Shown in pieces: positions 19,168 through 29,066 of a DNA stretch of 64,000 nucleotides. The DNA lies in the IMG/VR virus record IMGVR_UViG_3300011813_000035, positions 62,001 through 126,000 of that record; one strand, given 5' to 3'. The position numbers and the translations under genes are program-made. The notes under the pieces were generated by a model, which did no database searches, was not told where the DNA came from, and saw nothing but the letters and a program-made list of their open reading frames with translations. Source of the DNA: an uncultured virus (IMG/VR IMGVR_UViG_3300011813_000035) (lineage: Duplodnaviria > Heunggongvirae > Uroviricota > Caudoviricetes). Each line of letters starts with the position of its first letter. The first letter of the stretch is position 1.

Positions 19168-21216
19168 GTGGAAGAAGAGCAAAAACAGCAAATTCTAGAA
19201 GAATATGCTTCCAATGGCATGGCAAAGTTGCGTAAAGTATCGTATCCATTATTTATAAAATTCGGTGGGATATCTGAAAAAGATCATGATGATTTTTACA
19301 GCAAAGCCAATATGGAATTGTGGAAGGCAACGGAAGCTTTTAATGAAGCTAATGGCGTACCTTTCGAAGCATATTTATTAGGCTGCCTTAAAAGAAAGTT
19401 TATGACTGAGATGACTGGGCTGAATAGAGAGAAACGTAAATCAGACAGATTATCATCATCTCTTGATGCTCCCATTGGGGAAAATGAGGGAGTAACTCTT
19501 GGAGATACGTTACCATCAGATCTTGATGTTGAGAATATTGTTATTGATAAAATAGATCCTTTAGACGATGAAAACATTCAGGTTTATCTAAAATCTCTTT
19601 CGGAAAAGCAAAAACAAATAGCTAGTCTGATAATGGACGGATACAAACCTTTCGAAATTAGAGAACGTTTGAGATTAACAGAGAATCAATATGTAAGTAA
19701 CCTAAAAGATATGAAGATTTTTGAAAAAGCCATGATATTAAAACAGACAAATTTTGTTCAAATAGAGGAGGAAAAATCAATGAACGATAATTTCACACAA
19801 ACACTAGAGAAAAGTAAATCAAACCGGCTGAGTATAGCTTCTATTATGAAGAAAATAGATAATCGAACCATCAGATTCGATCATCCACTTCAAAGAGCAT
19901 CTGAGCAATGGAGTCCAGCCATGAAAGGAAATTTGATTTCTGATATTTTACAGGGCAATCCTATTCCTCCTCTAGTGTTTGCTGAACAAATCATCAATAA
20001 GCTTGCTATAATTTGGGATTTAGATGGTAAGCAACGATGCACTAATGCTCATTCATTTATAAACGGTAATTATAAGATATCAAAAAATATTAGAAGATGG
20101 AACATTATTTATCAGGCTCAAATCATTGACAATGGTAATCCGATACTTGATGATAATGGATTTCCTATGAGTGAATGTAGGCAGTTTGATATAAGAGGAA
20201 AGCGTTTTGCGGATTTGCCAGAAGAGTTACAGGACAAGTTTAATGAGTATAACTTTGAAATTGTGCAGTATTTGAACTGTTCAAGTGAGGACATTGCTTA
20301 CCATATTGCACGATATAACGAAGGTAAACCTATGTCGGCTTCTCAAAAGGGAATAACGCGACTCGGAGAAGAATTCGCCTCTATAGTAAAAAGCATTTCT
20401 GGAATGTCATTCTTCAAAGATCTTGGAGGATATAAAGTTTCAGAGGGGAACAACGGAACAGTGAATCGTGTGGTAATCGAATCTGTAATGGCGGCGAACT
20501 TTTTAGATGACTGGAAAAAGAAGCAAGAGGATATGTGTGAATATATGAAAGATAATGCCAGCGTTGAATGCTTCGATGATTTTGAAGACTTAGTTGGCAG
20601 AATTACAAATGTTGGGAATGAAGAAGTTTTTAATATGTTTGATTCAAAGGATTCCTTTATCTATTTCGGCTTATTCGCAAGGTTTGCAAATTCTGGATTA
20701 GAAGATGATAAGTTTATAGAATTCATGGCTGAGTTTTCTCAGTCATTACATAGTAAAGATATCGACGGCATTACATTTGATGAGTTAAATGGAAAATCTA
20801 CAAAAGACAAAAACATTGTTATTAGCAAGATTAATCACTTAGAGCGGCTAATGAATGATTATTTACATATTGAAGCAAAAGATGAGAGTTTGAGTTTTAA
20901 TAACGAAGTATCAGTAATTGATTTTGTTAAAGATATCGTGAAGTCTGATGTGACAGAAGAAGACATTGATGATTATTACGATATGCTAAACGGATATAAT
21001 GTGGACAAGAAGTCTATGTTATTAAATTGGAAAAATGAGTCTTCCCTTATTGCCTTGGTAGCCTATTCTTTTGAGAATGAAGTTAATCTGGACGATTGGA
21101 TTGTTGAGTATTTTAAGAAAAACAATGACTTCATGGCAGATCAGAAACAGAATTACTTACATATGCTAGATGATTTCAAAAGCTACACACAATTAATAGA
21201 CAACGAGGCGGTATGA
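19168..21216 (+). CDS. Sigma-70-like N-terminal domain fused to a DUF262/ParB-like domain
   Basis: Sigma region-2/4-like motifs ('LWKATEAFN', 'SSLDAPI', 'LSEKQKQI'); then 'LQR...W', 'PIPP' and 'DGKQR' typical of DUF262. Internal in-frame RBS and ATG at 19780. Confidence 0.75.
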   Translation: MEEEQKQQILEEYASNGMAKLRKVSYPLFIKFGGISEKDHDDFYSKANMELWKATEAFNEANGVPFEAYLLGCLKRKFMTEMTGLNREKRKSDRLSSSLDAPIGENEGVTLGDTLPSDLDVENIVIDKIDPLDDENIQVYLKSLSEKQKQIASLIMDGYKPFEIRERLRLTENQYVSNLKDMKIFEKAMILKQTNFVQIEEEKSMNDNFTQTLEKSKSNRLSIASIMKKIDNRTIRFDHPLQRASEQWSPAMKGNLISDILQGNPIPPLVFAEQIINKLAIIWDLDGKQRCTNAHSFINGNYKISKNIRRWNIIYQAQIIDNGNPILDDNGFPMSECRQFDIRGKRFADLPEELQDKFNEYNFEIVQYLNCSSEDIAYHIARYNEGKPMSASQKGITRLGEEFASIVKSISGMSFFKDLGGYKVSEGNNGTVNRVVIESVMAANFLDDWKKKQEDMCEYMKDNASVECFDDFEDLVGRITNVGNEEVFNMFDSKDSFIYFGLFARFANSGLEDDKFIEFMAEFSQSLHSKDIDGITFDELNGKSTKDKNIVISKINHLERLMNDYLHIEAKDESLSFNNEVSVIDFVKDIVKSDVTEEDIDDYYDMLNGYNVDKKSMLLNWKNESSLIALVAYSFENEVNLDDWIVEYFKKNNDFMADQKQNYLHMLDDFKSYTQLIDNEAV

Positions 21217-21245
21217 TACATATAATTGCGGAATGTTAAGGAGGC

Positions 21246-21611
21246 GTGGAGATGGCAGAGTTACAAGTGAAAGATATAAAGAACAGAGAAATAGTTTATG
21301 GATGCGCATTTAATATTGATTTTGACAGGCATAGTTGGTATGGAGGGCAGGTAGTACATAATATATGCAAACCAGTCAAAGGCATGGTTAAGAAGCCTGA
21401 AGATAGCTCTTCATATGGACGATTTTATCTTTTAAAAAGAGATGGGTCGACTAGACAATCAGGTCTGATTTCTACCGAGTCACGACACTTTGCTCAAACA
21501 AATGAGGAGTGTATTGAGATATACAACCAACTCATAAGAGATAAAATTGAAAAATTAAGAAAAATAGCAGATGAATTAGAAAATGAATTGTTAACCTTAC
21601 ATGATGAATAA
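21246..21611 (+). CDS. Hypothetical protein
   Basis: GGAGG RBS. Confidence 0.65.
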   Translation: MEMAELQVKDIKNREIVYGCAFNIDFDRHSWYGGQVVHNICKPVKGMVKKPEDSSSYGRFYLLKRDGSTRQSGLISTESRHFAQTNEECIEIYNQLIRDKIEKLRKIADELENELLTLHDE

Positions 21612-22179
21612 GAAGGAGGTAGTTGTGGTTTTACAAGAATTATATGAGGAGTGCGTTGATTTGTTATCTTCAGTAGGATATGAAACAAATGTATCAAATA
21701 TAACGTTTAACAATAGATTGAGCAGTACATATGGATCGTATTGTGAAGATGATTTTAGTATTGAAATAAACGAGAAGGTGTTTAATTTAGCCAGTAAAGA
21801 CCAAAACATGACCACTATTATACATGAGTTATCCCATAACATAGACCACATGACAAATGGGAGCATAGATAGCTATTTAGAGGGACATGGAGAGAATTGG
21901 ATGAAAATCGCTAATGATATATCAGAAAAACTTGGGTTTCAAATTCAAAGATATACTCCATTTACAATTCATGTTCATTACGATAAAAAATACCACCATA
22001 CATATAAGTGCGAAGACTGTGGAGCAGAAAAAATGGTTATGTCTAAATATAAAGATGAAAGCAAAGTGAGAAGTGGTAGATGTAAATATTGTAATTCAGA
22101 TATAAAGTATCTTTTTAATGGACAGTATGCAATCAGTATGAAAAATGGAGGAAGAACTATACAGCTAGATAATTATTGA
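21601..22179 (+). CDS. SprT-like zinc metallopeptidase
   Basis: HELSH...GHG..W plus C-terminal CxxC...CxxC. Confidence 0.8.
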   Translation: MMNKKEVVVVLQELYEECVDLLSSVGYETNVSNITFNNRLSSTYGSYCEDDFSIEINEKVFNLASKDQNMTTIIHELSHNIDHMTNGSIDSYLEGHGENWMKIANDISEKLGFQIQRYTPFTIHVHYDKKYHHTYKCEDCGAEKMVMSKYKDESKVRSGRCKYCNSDIKYLFNGQYAISMKNGGRTIQLDNY

Positions 22180-22212
22180 ATTGGTTCTTTTATTTGAGTA
22201 AAAGGAGGAGAG

Positions 22213-22848
22213 ATGGATAAATATTTAAGTATTATTACAAATTTTGGTTGTCATGGTAGATGTCCATATTGTGTCGTCAGAGAAACTGGAATTAACGTTC
22301 CTGAAACGACATTACACGGACTAACTAATTTGAAAAATGCCATTAAAGAGACAGGTGTGAATATAGTGTCCGTTTCAGGAGGCGGAGATCCATTACATAA
22401 TTTCGAGGAGCATAAATATTGGTATTCAGAATTGTTTGCATTGCTAAACAATATAGGATTGCCTATTGAAATGCACACCAGTTACATGAATACAAAGTTT
22501 CCTTATGAGAAATGCAAAAGGATTGTCTATCACTTACTGAATTTAGATCAGCTAGACGAGGTGGCAAAATTAGAAAAAGAAATCGTCAGAGTTGTTTATG
22601 TCATAGAAAAATGGATGACAAAAGATCATATTGGTTATATCTATGATTATGTTCAGAGAAGTCGTGATATTGATGAGCTGAGTTTTAGGCAGCTCGTGAA
22701 TGGGAACTTTAAAGAAGAATATCATCTGCATGATCATCTAAAACGGTATCACGGCAAGAAATGGCATTACATAGAACAATGTGATTACAACGATTATTAC
22801 GTTGAGGGGAAATTATATAAGCGGTTTTCAGATATAGGTAAGGAATGA
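22213..22848 (+). CDS. Radical SAM protein
   Basis: CxxxCxxC (CHGRCPYC) and SGGGDPL. Confidence 0.85.
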   Translation: MDKYLSIITNFGCHGRCPYCVVRETGINVPETTLHGLTNLKNAIKETGVNIVSVSGGGDPLHNFEEHKYWYSELFALLNNIGLPIEMHTSYMNTKFPYEKCKRIVYHLLNLDQLDEVAKLEKEIVRVVYVIEKWMTKDHIGYIYDYVQRSRDIDELSFRQLVNGNFKEEYHLHDHLKRYHGKKWHYIEQCDYNDYYVEGKLYKRFSDIGKE

Positions 22849-22920
22849 ATCAATAGAGAATTAAAATAAAAGGCTTTATAAGAAAATAGGTGTATTTTCA
22901 ATTTAAGAAAGGAAAACGAA

Positions 22921-23265
22921 GTGGTATTTGAAAATTATAGTATTAAAAATGTTTCTGTGGAAGATTCTTTTCTAGGTGAACTTATTGAGAAAATGTATTG
23001 GCTAGGATCTAATGATGGTTTTATATTAGGGGAATTATATGGAATTATAAAGAAGATGCAAGGGGAAGATGGTTTAACGCCTGAGGAGTTAGAAGTATTC
23101 TACAAAGGTCTTGAAAGTCTTCTTGGCGAATATTCCGCACTTCATAGTTTTGTAGCGGAAGAATGGAGAAGGAGAGGTAAACCGAAATCATTAAGACAAC
23201 AAGAAAGCGAAACGCGCACTGCCGATGAAGGAAATAGATATAAAGCAGAATATTGTGATAGATAA
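22921..23265 (+). CDS. Hypothetical protein
   Basis: AAAGGA RBS, GTG start. Confidence 0.6.
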   Translation: MVFENYSIKNVSVEDSFLGELIEKMYWLGSNDGFILGELYGIIKKMQGEDGLTPEELEVFYKGLESLLGEYSALHSFVAEEWRRRGKPKSLRQQESETRTADEGNRYKAEYCDR

Positions 23266-23274
23266 AATAAACAT

Positions 23275-25347
23275 ATGAAGGAGAATAAGATTATGGAATT
23301 TATTAAATTCAAGGAAGAATTACAAAAGAGGTTTGCAGAAATAAGCAAGGATTCAACACATTTATTTGAGGTAAACGTGGATAAAGATGAATTATGGAAC
23401 AGGTATCTTGATAGTTTCCCGGTTGGAACAAACAAAATTTTCAGAGAAAGAAGAGAACATGATTGCAGTTGCTGCCGTCAGTTTATCAAGAATATTGGTA
23501 ATGCAGTCGTCATTAAAGACAATGAGGTACATACGATTTGGGAATTAAATCTCGGAGACAAAACATATCAGCCAGTATGTGATGCTTTATCAAACTTTGT
23601 TAAATCGCATATGGTAAATGACGTCTATGTAAGCAAATTCAAAAAGATTGGTACTGACTTCAACTATGAAGATATGAATGGTAAGATGCATAAATGGGAT
23701 CACTTCTTCTTGGAACTCCCAGAAAAGTTTTATGACGGAAGTTTACGGTCTGAAGGTGATATTAAAGGCGGACTTAGAGATACCAGAAACGTTTTTAAAC
23801 GTTCATTAGATGAAATCTCTATGGATTCTCTTGATGTAGTTATAGAACTTATTGACTCCAATACGCTTTATAAAGGGGAAGAATGGAAAACTGCTCTAGG
23901 TGAATTCCGGAAATATAAAAAGGAATATGACAATCTGCAAGCAGAAACAGAGAAAGAGTTATTTGCATGGGAGAAGTCGGTAAAAGCAGGTGTGGCCATA
24001 GGAAGAATTCGTAACCATAGTATTGGTACGCTTCTTATGAATGTTAGTGAAGGAATGAATTTAGATCTGGCGGTTAAGAAATATGAGCAGATTGTAGCAC
24101 CATCGAACTATAAGAGACCAAAGGCAATTTTTACAAAGAAAATGCTTGAGGATGCACAGAGAACTATTACAGAGCTTGGATATATGGAGTCTTTGCAGAG
24201 AAGATTTGCAAACCTAGATGATATTACAGTAAATAACATTCTGTTTTCTAATAAAGATTCTGCAAAACGAATCGGCGGAGTTGATGATATTTTTGGAGAT
24301 ATGGCAAAAGATGTAGCCGTAAGTCCGAAGCGATTCTCGAAGGTTGAAGAAATTTCCGTGAAAGAATTTATTGAAAGAGTTCTCCCAACCGCGAAAGAGG
24401 TTGAAACTTTTGTAGAAAATAAACATGATAAAAACTTTGTGTCTTTAATCGCCCCAATCAACCCTGAAGCTAAGACAATGTTTAAATGGAATAACGGAAC
24501 GAGCTGGGCATATACAGGCAATATCACAGATAGCGATATGAAACAGAACGTGAAAGCGGCTGGAGGTAATGTAGATGGGGTTCTTAGATTTTCTATTCAA
24601 TGGAATGAAGATGGAAAGGATAATTGTGATTTAGATGCTCACTGTTACGAACCTAGTGGTAATGAAATCTACTTTAGTAATTGTAGAAAACCTGACATTT
24701 CAAGAGCTAGTGGTCAGTTAGATGTAGATATAGTAAATCCAAATGGAAGAATTGCTGTTGAGAATATTACTTGGACTGACAAGAGTAAAATGCAGCTAGG
24801 TGCATATAGATTTTTCGTACATCAATTTTCTGGAAGTGTAAGAAAGGGATTTCGGGCAGAAATAGAATTTAACGGAGAGATTTATACATTTGACTATAAG
24901 AAATCATTGAGAAGTGGAGAGCATGTGCAGATCGCAGAGGTCGTACTGAGTTCAGATGGAGAATTTACTATTAAAGAAAAAGTATCTGGAAGTTCAACAA
25001 TTTCAAGTAAAGAAATTTGGGGAGTTAGCACAAATCAGTTTGTTCCTGTATCGGTTATCTGTTATAGTCCTAATTATTTTGACGAGCAGGACGGTATTGG
25101 TCATAGACATTTATTCTTTATGCTGAAAGATTGTAAAAATGGTGAAGAACCAAATGGATATTACAATGAGTTCTTAAAAAATGAACTTGTTGAACACAAA
25201 AGGGTCTTTGAAGCACTGGGAGCAAAATGCCATGTTGAAGATACGGATGACCAGCTTTCAGGAATTGGGTTCAGCATGACAAAACGTGCGGATTTAGTAG
25301 TAAAAATAAAAGGCGCAACCGAGAGAATCATGAAAATTAAATTTTAA
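23275..25347 (+). CDS. Large conserved phage protein with a YfaP/TerD-like beta-domain (start probably 23293)
   Basis: 690 aa; 'W...DLDAH...LDVD...ENI' motifs; N-terminal H.CSCC. Confidence 0.7.
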   Translation: MKENKIMEFIKFKEELQKRFAEISKDSTHLFEVNVDKDELWNRYLDSFPVGTNKIFRERREHDCSCCRQFIKNIGNAVVIKDNEVHTIWELNLGDKTYQPVCDALSNFVKSHMVNDVYVSKFKKIGTDFNYEDMNGKMHKWDHFFLELPEKFYDGSLRSEGDIKGGLRDTRNVFKRSLDEISMDSLDVVIELIDSNTLYKGEEWKTALGEFRKYKKEYDNLQAETEKELFAWEKSVKAGVAIGRIRNHSIGTLLMNVSEGMNLDLAVKKYEQIVAPSNYKRPKAIFTKKMLEDAQRTITELGYMESLQRRFANLDDITVNNILFSNKDSAKRIGGVDDIFGDMAKDVAVSPKRFSKVEEISVKEFIERVLPTAKEVETFVENKHDKNFVSLIAPINPEAKTMFKWNNGTSWAYTGNITDSDMKQNVKAAGGNVDGVLRFSIQWNEDGKDNCDLDAHCYEPSGNEIYFSNCRKPDISRASGQLDVDIVNPNGRIAVENITWTDKSKMQLGAYRFFVHQFSGSVRKGFRAEIEFNGEIYTFDYKKSLRSGEHVQIAEVVLSSDGEFTIKEKVSGSSTISSKEIWGVSTNQFVPVSVICYSPNYFDEQDGIGHRHLFFMLKDCKNGEEPNGYYNEFLKNELVEHKRVFEALGAKCHVEDTDDQLSGIGFSMTKRADLVVKIKGATERIMKIKF

Positions 25348-25367
25348 TATAAAAGGAGAATGTAATT

Positions 25368-25754
25368 ATGAGTAACGTAAAATTATTCGAGGTAGCAACA
25401 AAAAATAAGATGAGATTTCCATATCGAGGTAGCATTTCTGTTGAAGATTTATGGGATCTTTCACTAACAGCACTGGACTCCGTGTTTAAAACCCTGAATG
25501 CCCAAGTTAAGCAGTCAAAGGAAGAAAGCCTTTTAAGCATAAAAACTAAGGAAGATGAGGCTTTAGATATTCAAATTGAGATTGTAAAATATATCGTTTC
25601 AGTGAAATTAGATGAAAAGGCAGCAAGAGAAGATGCGTTAGATAAAAAGGAAAAGAAGCAGAAAATTATGCAGATTATGGCTACTAAACGAGATGAGGCT
25701 TTGCAGAATGCGACCATGGAAGACTTACAGAAGATGTTAAAAGAGTTAGGTTGA
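25368..25754 (+). CDS. Coiled-coil hypothetical protein
   Basis: AAGGAG RBS; adjacent to the 690-aa gene. Confidence 0.7.
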   Translation: MSNVKLFEVATKNKMRFPYRGSISVEDLWDLSLTALDSVFKTLNAQVKQSKEESLLSIKTKEDEALDIQIEIVKYIVSVKLDEKAAREDALDKKEKKQKIMQIMATKRDEALQNATMEDLQKMLKELG

Positions 25755-26040
25755 TAATATTTGGGGAGGTTGTACTCCCCATTTATTATTTTTAGACATG
25801 AAAGAGGGATTTCATGTAAATTAGAATTTGTAGGAGGCGATAATTATGTGTGTAAGTGAATTGCTAGAATATTTGCAGAAGATGCTTATGGATGAACGAA
25901 TAGAAAATGATAGCGAGGTATCTGTATATAACACGGAACAAGAAGTATATCAGTCCCCTATCTTAAGGGTAAATGAGTACAAGGAACTGGAAATATTTGT
26001 TGAATAAGTTGGGATTTTCAGCAGAAAGAGGGTATATATC

Positions 26041-26295
26041 ATGAGAGATATGAAAGAGGGTATTAAGAAAGTCATTGATTTGTTAGAGGAAGACAAAATA
26101 AGGAAGGGTAGATGTCATTTGACCGATGGCCAGAAGGAATTAATCGAATATGGTTATATCCAGTGCTCCTTGCAGATTGGATATGATATCGTTTCGAAGG
26201 GGGAAAGCTTCATAGCAGGTCTTCAAGAGATAGTGTTGGAAAATGATAATTTCCTGAAGAATCTAACTTATGAGGCTGTTGTAAAGATTAGGTAA
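26041..26295 (+). CDS. Hypothetical protein
   Basis: Bounded by palindrome variants at 26005 and 26292. Confidence 0.6.
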   Translation: MRDMKEGIKKVIDLLEEDKIRKGRCHLTDGQKELIEYGYIQCSLQIGYDIVSKGESFIAGLQEIVLENDNFLKNLTYEAVVKIR

Positions 26296-26355
26296 ACTGA
26301 GATTTCAAGGAGTTAAAAATCATATCACAAAACTCCTTGATGTTAATAGACATAA

Positions 26356-26529
26356 CTATTTCTTTAATTTAAGTTTAATTTTGCCATTAGTCGCAACCAT
26401 AACTACTACACTTGCTACGGGAATAAGAACAGTACCAACATTTTTGATTTTTTCTATTCTAAGAGTCCTGCAACGTTCACATAGGTGTCCATTCGTAATG
26501 GGTTTATTACACTTCTTGCAATTTGACAT
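26356..26529 (-). CDS. 57-aa zinc-ribbon plus TM protein (absent from the ORF track)
   Basis: AGGAGG RBS; MSNCKKC...LCERC...VGTVLIPVASVVVMVAT..KIKLKLKK. Confidence 0.75.
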   Translation of the reverse strand: MSNCKKCNKPITNGHLCERCRTLRIEKIKNVGTVLIPVASVVVMVATNGKIKLKLKK

Positions 26530-27553
26530 CTTTATCGCCTCCTACTAAAGAAATAGATGAAAAAGTTTCTAATTTAAGTAATTGTTTTGAAAAATTCGGG
26601 AATTCATTAAGCCAATAATCATTGCCGCTGCCATCGTATGAGTGGAGACGTTCAATAATTGAAGGTGTAAAATTTGAGGTGAGATATTGAGAATAATAAT
26701 TAATACTCTCTAACATTGCCTCATTTTCATTAAGAGCGTGATAACAAGCAGCCTCTATGCATGACAGTTGATTAATTTCCGAGATGTCGATGCGTATTCT
26801 TTGCATACGAGAATCAAGTTCGGTAATATTCGCACCTTTGATGATTTTGAATAATATGTTTTCTGGTTGATCTTGTATAAATTTTATTTCACGAGATAAA
26901 TCTTTCATAATGCGATTTCTGATATCTTCTGAATCCATTATAACTCTAATTAAAATATCTTTTTGAAGATCAATATTTTTAATTCTCATACATTGTTCAA
27001 ATTTTGCTTTGTTGCTATCAGACAAGGCTAACCTATCATCTTTTAAATCAGTCAAAACATTATTAACAGAATTTTGTATTTTTTCTAGGGATTTCATAAT
27101 GTCGGACATTTGTAATTGCATACCGAAATTGGAAATAGCAGCATTTAATTCAGGAGTCAGCTTTTTTGCATCTAATGTCACCTGCGAAACGTATTTCTTC
27201 GTATTTGGATCACGTAAGATAGCAATTATAGATCCATCTGATTTTTTATTTGCAAACTCTAAAGCACCCTCAGCTATTTTTTGTTTTTGTTCATCGGTAA
27301 GAATAACCGTTATCATTTCTTCTGGAATACAGCTTTTAATAAGATTTATAAATTCGGGTGTTCTGTATGCGATATGTTTCAAATTACTTCGAAGTTCGGA
27401 AACTGTATCGAACATCTTGGCAAAAAACGAACTATTTTTGATAACTGTTTCATCAGAGAAAAAGTTATAATCAGATTCTTTGAAAATCTCATAAGGAGAG
27501 GGGCAAATAAAAATCCCATCTACGATTTTTGGAAGATTGTCTGGCTTAGTCAT
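26507..27553 (-). CDS. Helical hypothetical protein in an inverted moron (start moved to ATG 27553)
   Basis: Long ORF opposite to its neighbours, own TGnTATACT promoter, overlaps the start of the 57-aa gene. Confidence 0.75.
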   Translation of the reverse strand: MTKPDNLPKIVDGIFICPSPYEIFKESDYNFFSDETVIKNSSFFAKMFDTVSELRSNLKHIAYRTPEFINLIKSCIPEEMITVILTDEQKQKIAEGALEFANKKSDGSIIAILRDPNTKKYVSQVTLDAKKLTPELNAAISNFGMQLQMSDIMKSLEKIQNSVNNVLTDLKDDRLALSDSNKAKFEQCMRIKNIDLQKDILIRVIMDSEDIRNRIMKDLSREIKFIQDQPENILFKIIKGANITELDSRMQRIRIDISEINQLSCIEAACYHALNENEAMLESINYYSQYLTSNFTPSIIERLHSYDGSGNDYWLNEFPNFSKQLLKLETFSSISLVGGDKDVKLQEV

Positions 27554-27667
27554 GGAAAGCCCCCTAATCATTTGGTATTTCCAGTATATCATTATTCTGA
27601 AATAAGTAAAGATTTTCATACGAAAACATAATTAATAAAAAATCTAAGAAAAGGGAGAAATAATTAT

Positions 27668-27937
27668 ATGAGTAACAGATGGAAATTATTACAGGGAAAA
27701 GAAGTAAAAGATAAGGTGACTGGATTTACTGGTATTTGTACTGGTCAGACCAGATGGTTATATGGCTGCGATCAGTATTGTGTTATACCTAAAATTGACA
27801 AGGATGGTAAAAGTGGGGAAATGCAGTGGTTTGATGATGGACGAATTGAAATTATTGGATCAGGTATCAGCCCTAAAGAAGTCAAAGTGGAAAAGAATGG
27901 TGGTTGTAATGATCACCCGTCTAACAGTAGAAGATAA
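27668..27937 (+). CDS. Conserved phage hypothetical protein
   Basis: GGGAG RBS; 'DKVTGFTG...LYGC'. Confidence 0.7.
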   Translation: MSNRWKLLQGKEVKDKVTGFTGICTGQTRWLYGCDQYCVIPKIDKDGKSGEMQWFDDGRIEIIGSGISPKEVKVEKNGGCNDHPSNSRR

Positions 27938-27950
27938 GGAGAATGTATAA

Positions 27951-28481
27951 ATGAAATTTCCAATTGAGATGTATAGAATTCGAGAGGAAGAAATGAAAAT
28001 TCAAATACCTTGCGAGAGATGTTTAGCTAAAGGAATTATTGACCGTACTTGCTCTAAATGTGGAGGTAAAGGGGTGCATAATAAAACCATTAAAGCTTGG
28101 GAAGTTGCTCCGAAGACAGTAACTGTGGAGAAAATCGACAGAAGCTCCAATGATAACTTCTTCAGAGGCATTCAGACTTCTTATAAGAACGGATTAAGGT
28201 ATTGGACGAGTCATTATGATTTTTATAACGAAGCAGATATGTATTTACATTTTACTATGAATGAAGCGCAAAGAGAGTGTGACAAGAGAAACGAAAGTAT
28301 CAAAGAACTTCTGGTAATCAATAGAAAAAGAAATTTAGCAGATTCATGGGTAAAACCAGATTCGAAAGTAGCTAACGACGATAATCAGAAAGATAGCCTT
28401 GCGACCTTGTTAAACAGCCTTGCAGAGTTAGATCCTAGTTTCGTATATTATTTGAGCTGTAATAACCGTTTGCAGAGCTGA
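27951..28481 (+). CDS. Protein with DnaJ-type CxxCxxxG zinc repeats
   Basis: CERCLAKG and CSKCGGKG. Confidence 0.7.
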   Translation: MKFPIEMYRIREEEMKIQIPCERCLAKGIIDRTCSKCGGKGVHNKTIKAWEVAPKTVTVEKIDRSSNDNFFRGIQTSYKNGLRYWTSHYDFYNEADMYLHFTMNEAQRECDKRNESIKELLVINRKRNLADSWVKPDSKVANDDNQKDSLATLLNSLAELDPSFVYYLSCNNRLQS

Positions 28482-28549
28482 AATATAGCAAATAAAAACA
28501 GTTAAAACTTCGATTTCAACGGAGAACTAAAAGTGGAGGTGAGGGAAAA

Positions 28550-28732
28550 ATCTATACAGAGCGCGAAGCGGAGGAGCTTGCAAGATTAAGTTTGATTTAT
28601 GACGGTATCGGCGATTACGATGCAGTATCAATGAAAACTGCTATGTTGAATGCTTCTAAGGAATATCAAGAATCTTTAAGTAATGAAGAGATCTTTGAAA
28701 TTGTTGATAAGCTTAATGTAGTTTATAAATAA
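28550..28732 (+). CDS. Hypothetical protein, probable ATC start
   Basis: GGAGGTGA RBS, 60 open codons, no canonical start near the RBS. Confidence 0.45.
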   Translation: MYTEREAEELARLSLIYDGIGDYDAVSMKTAMLNASKEYQESLSNEEIFEIVDKLNVVYK

Positions 28733-28748
28733 GAAGGAGAATACGGAA

Positions 28749-29021
28749 ATGAGAAAGAGTGGTCTTGAAGGAGTGGGAGTTGTATCTATTATTTTAGGAT
28801 TCATTGGGTTACTGGTGTTTTCACCGGTACTAACATTTGGATTTGCATATCTTGGCGGAATGATCTTAGATTGGATTGTTGTTGCTAAATTGGTTAATGG
28901 TTTGAATTTGATGTTTGACACAACAAGGTTTACAAGAGATGTGATTCCTTTGACATGTGCGACATTAGCAACCTATGGAAGATATTTTAAATCTTCTCAG
29001 TCAAATACAAATAATAAGTAG
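28749..29021 (+). CDS. Membrane protein
   Basis: AAGGAG RBS, long hydrophobic segments. Confidence 0.7.
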   Translation: MRKSGLEGVGVVSIILGFIGLLVFSPVLTFGFAYLGGMILDWIVVAKLVNGLNLMFDTTRFTRDVIPLTCATLATYGRYFKSSQSNTNNK

Positions 29022-29066
29022 TCTTACATATATTTTTGGAGAATAAGAGAGTGTGGGTGATTAAAA

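Noticed and set aside
27009..27631. Plus-strand ORFs over the inverted moron, and the many short antisense ORFs across the window
   Set aside because: Shadow frames of longer genes with recognisable motifs or expression signals
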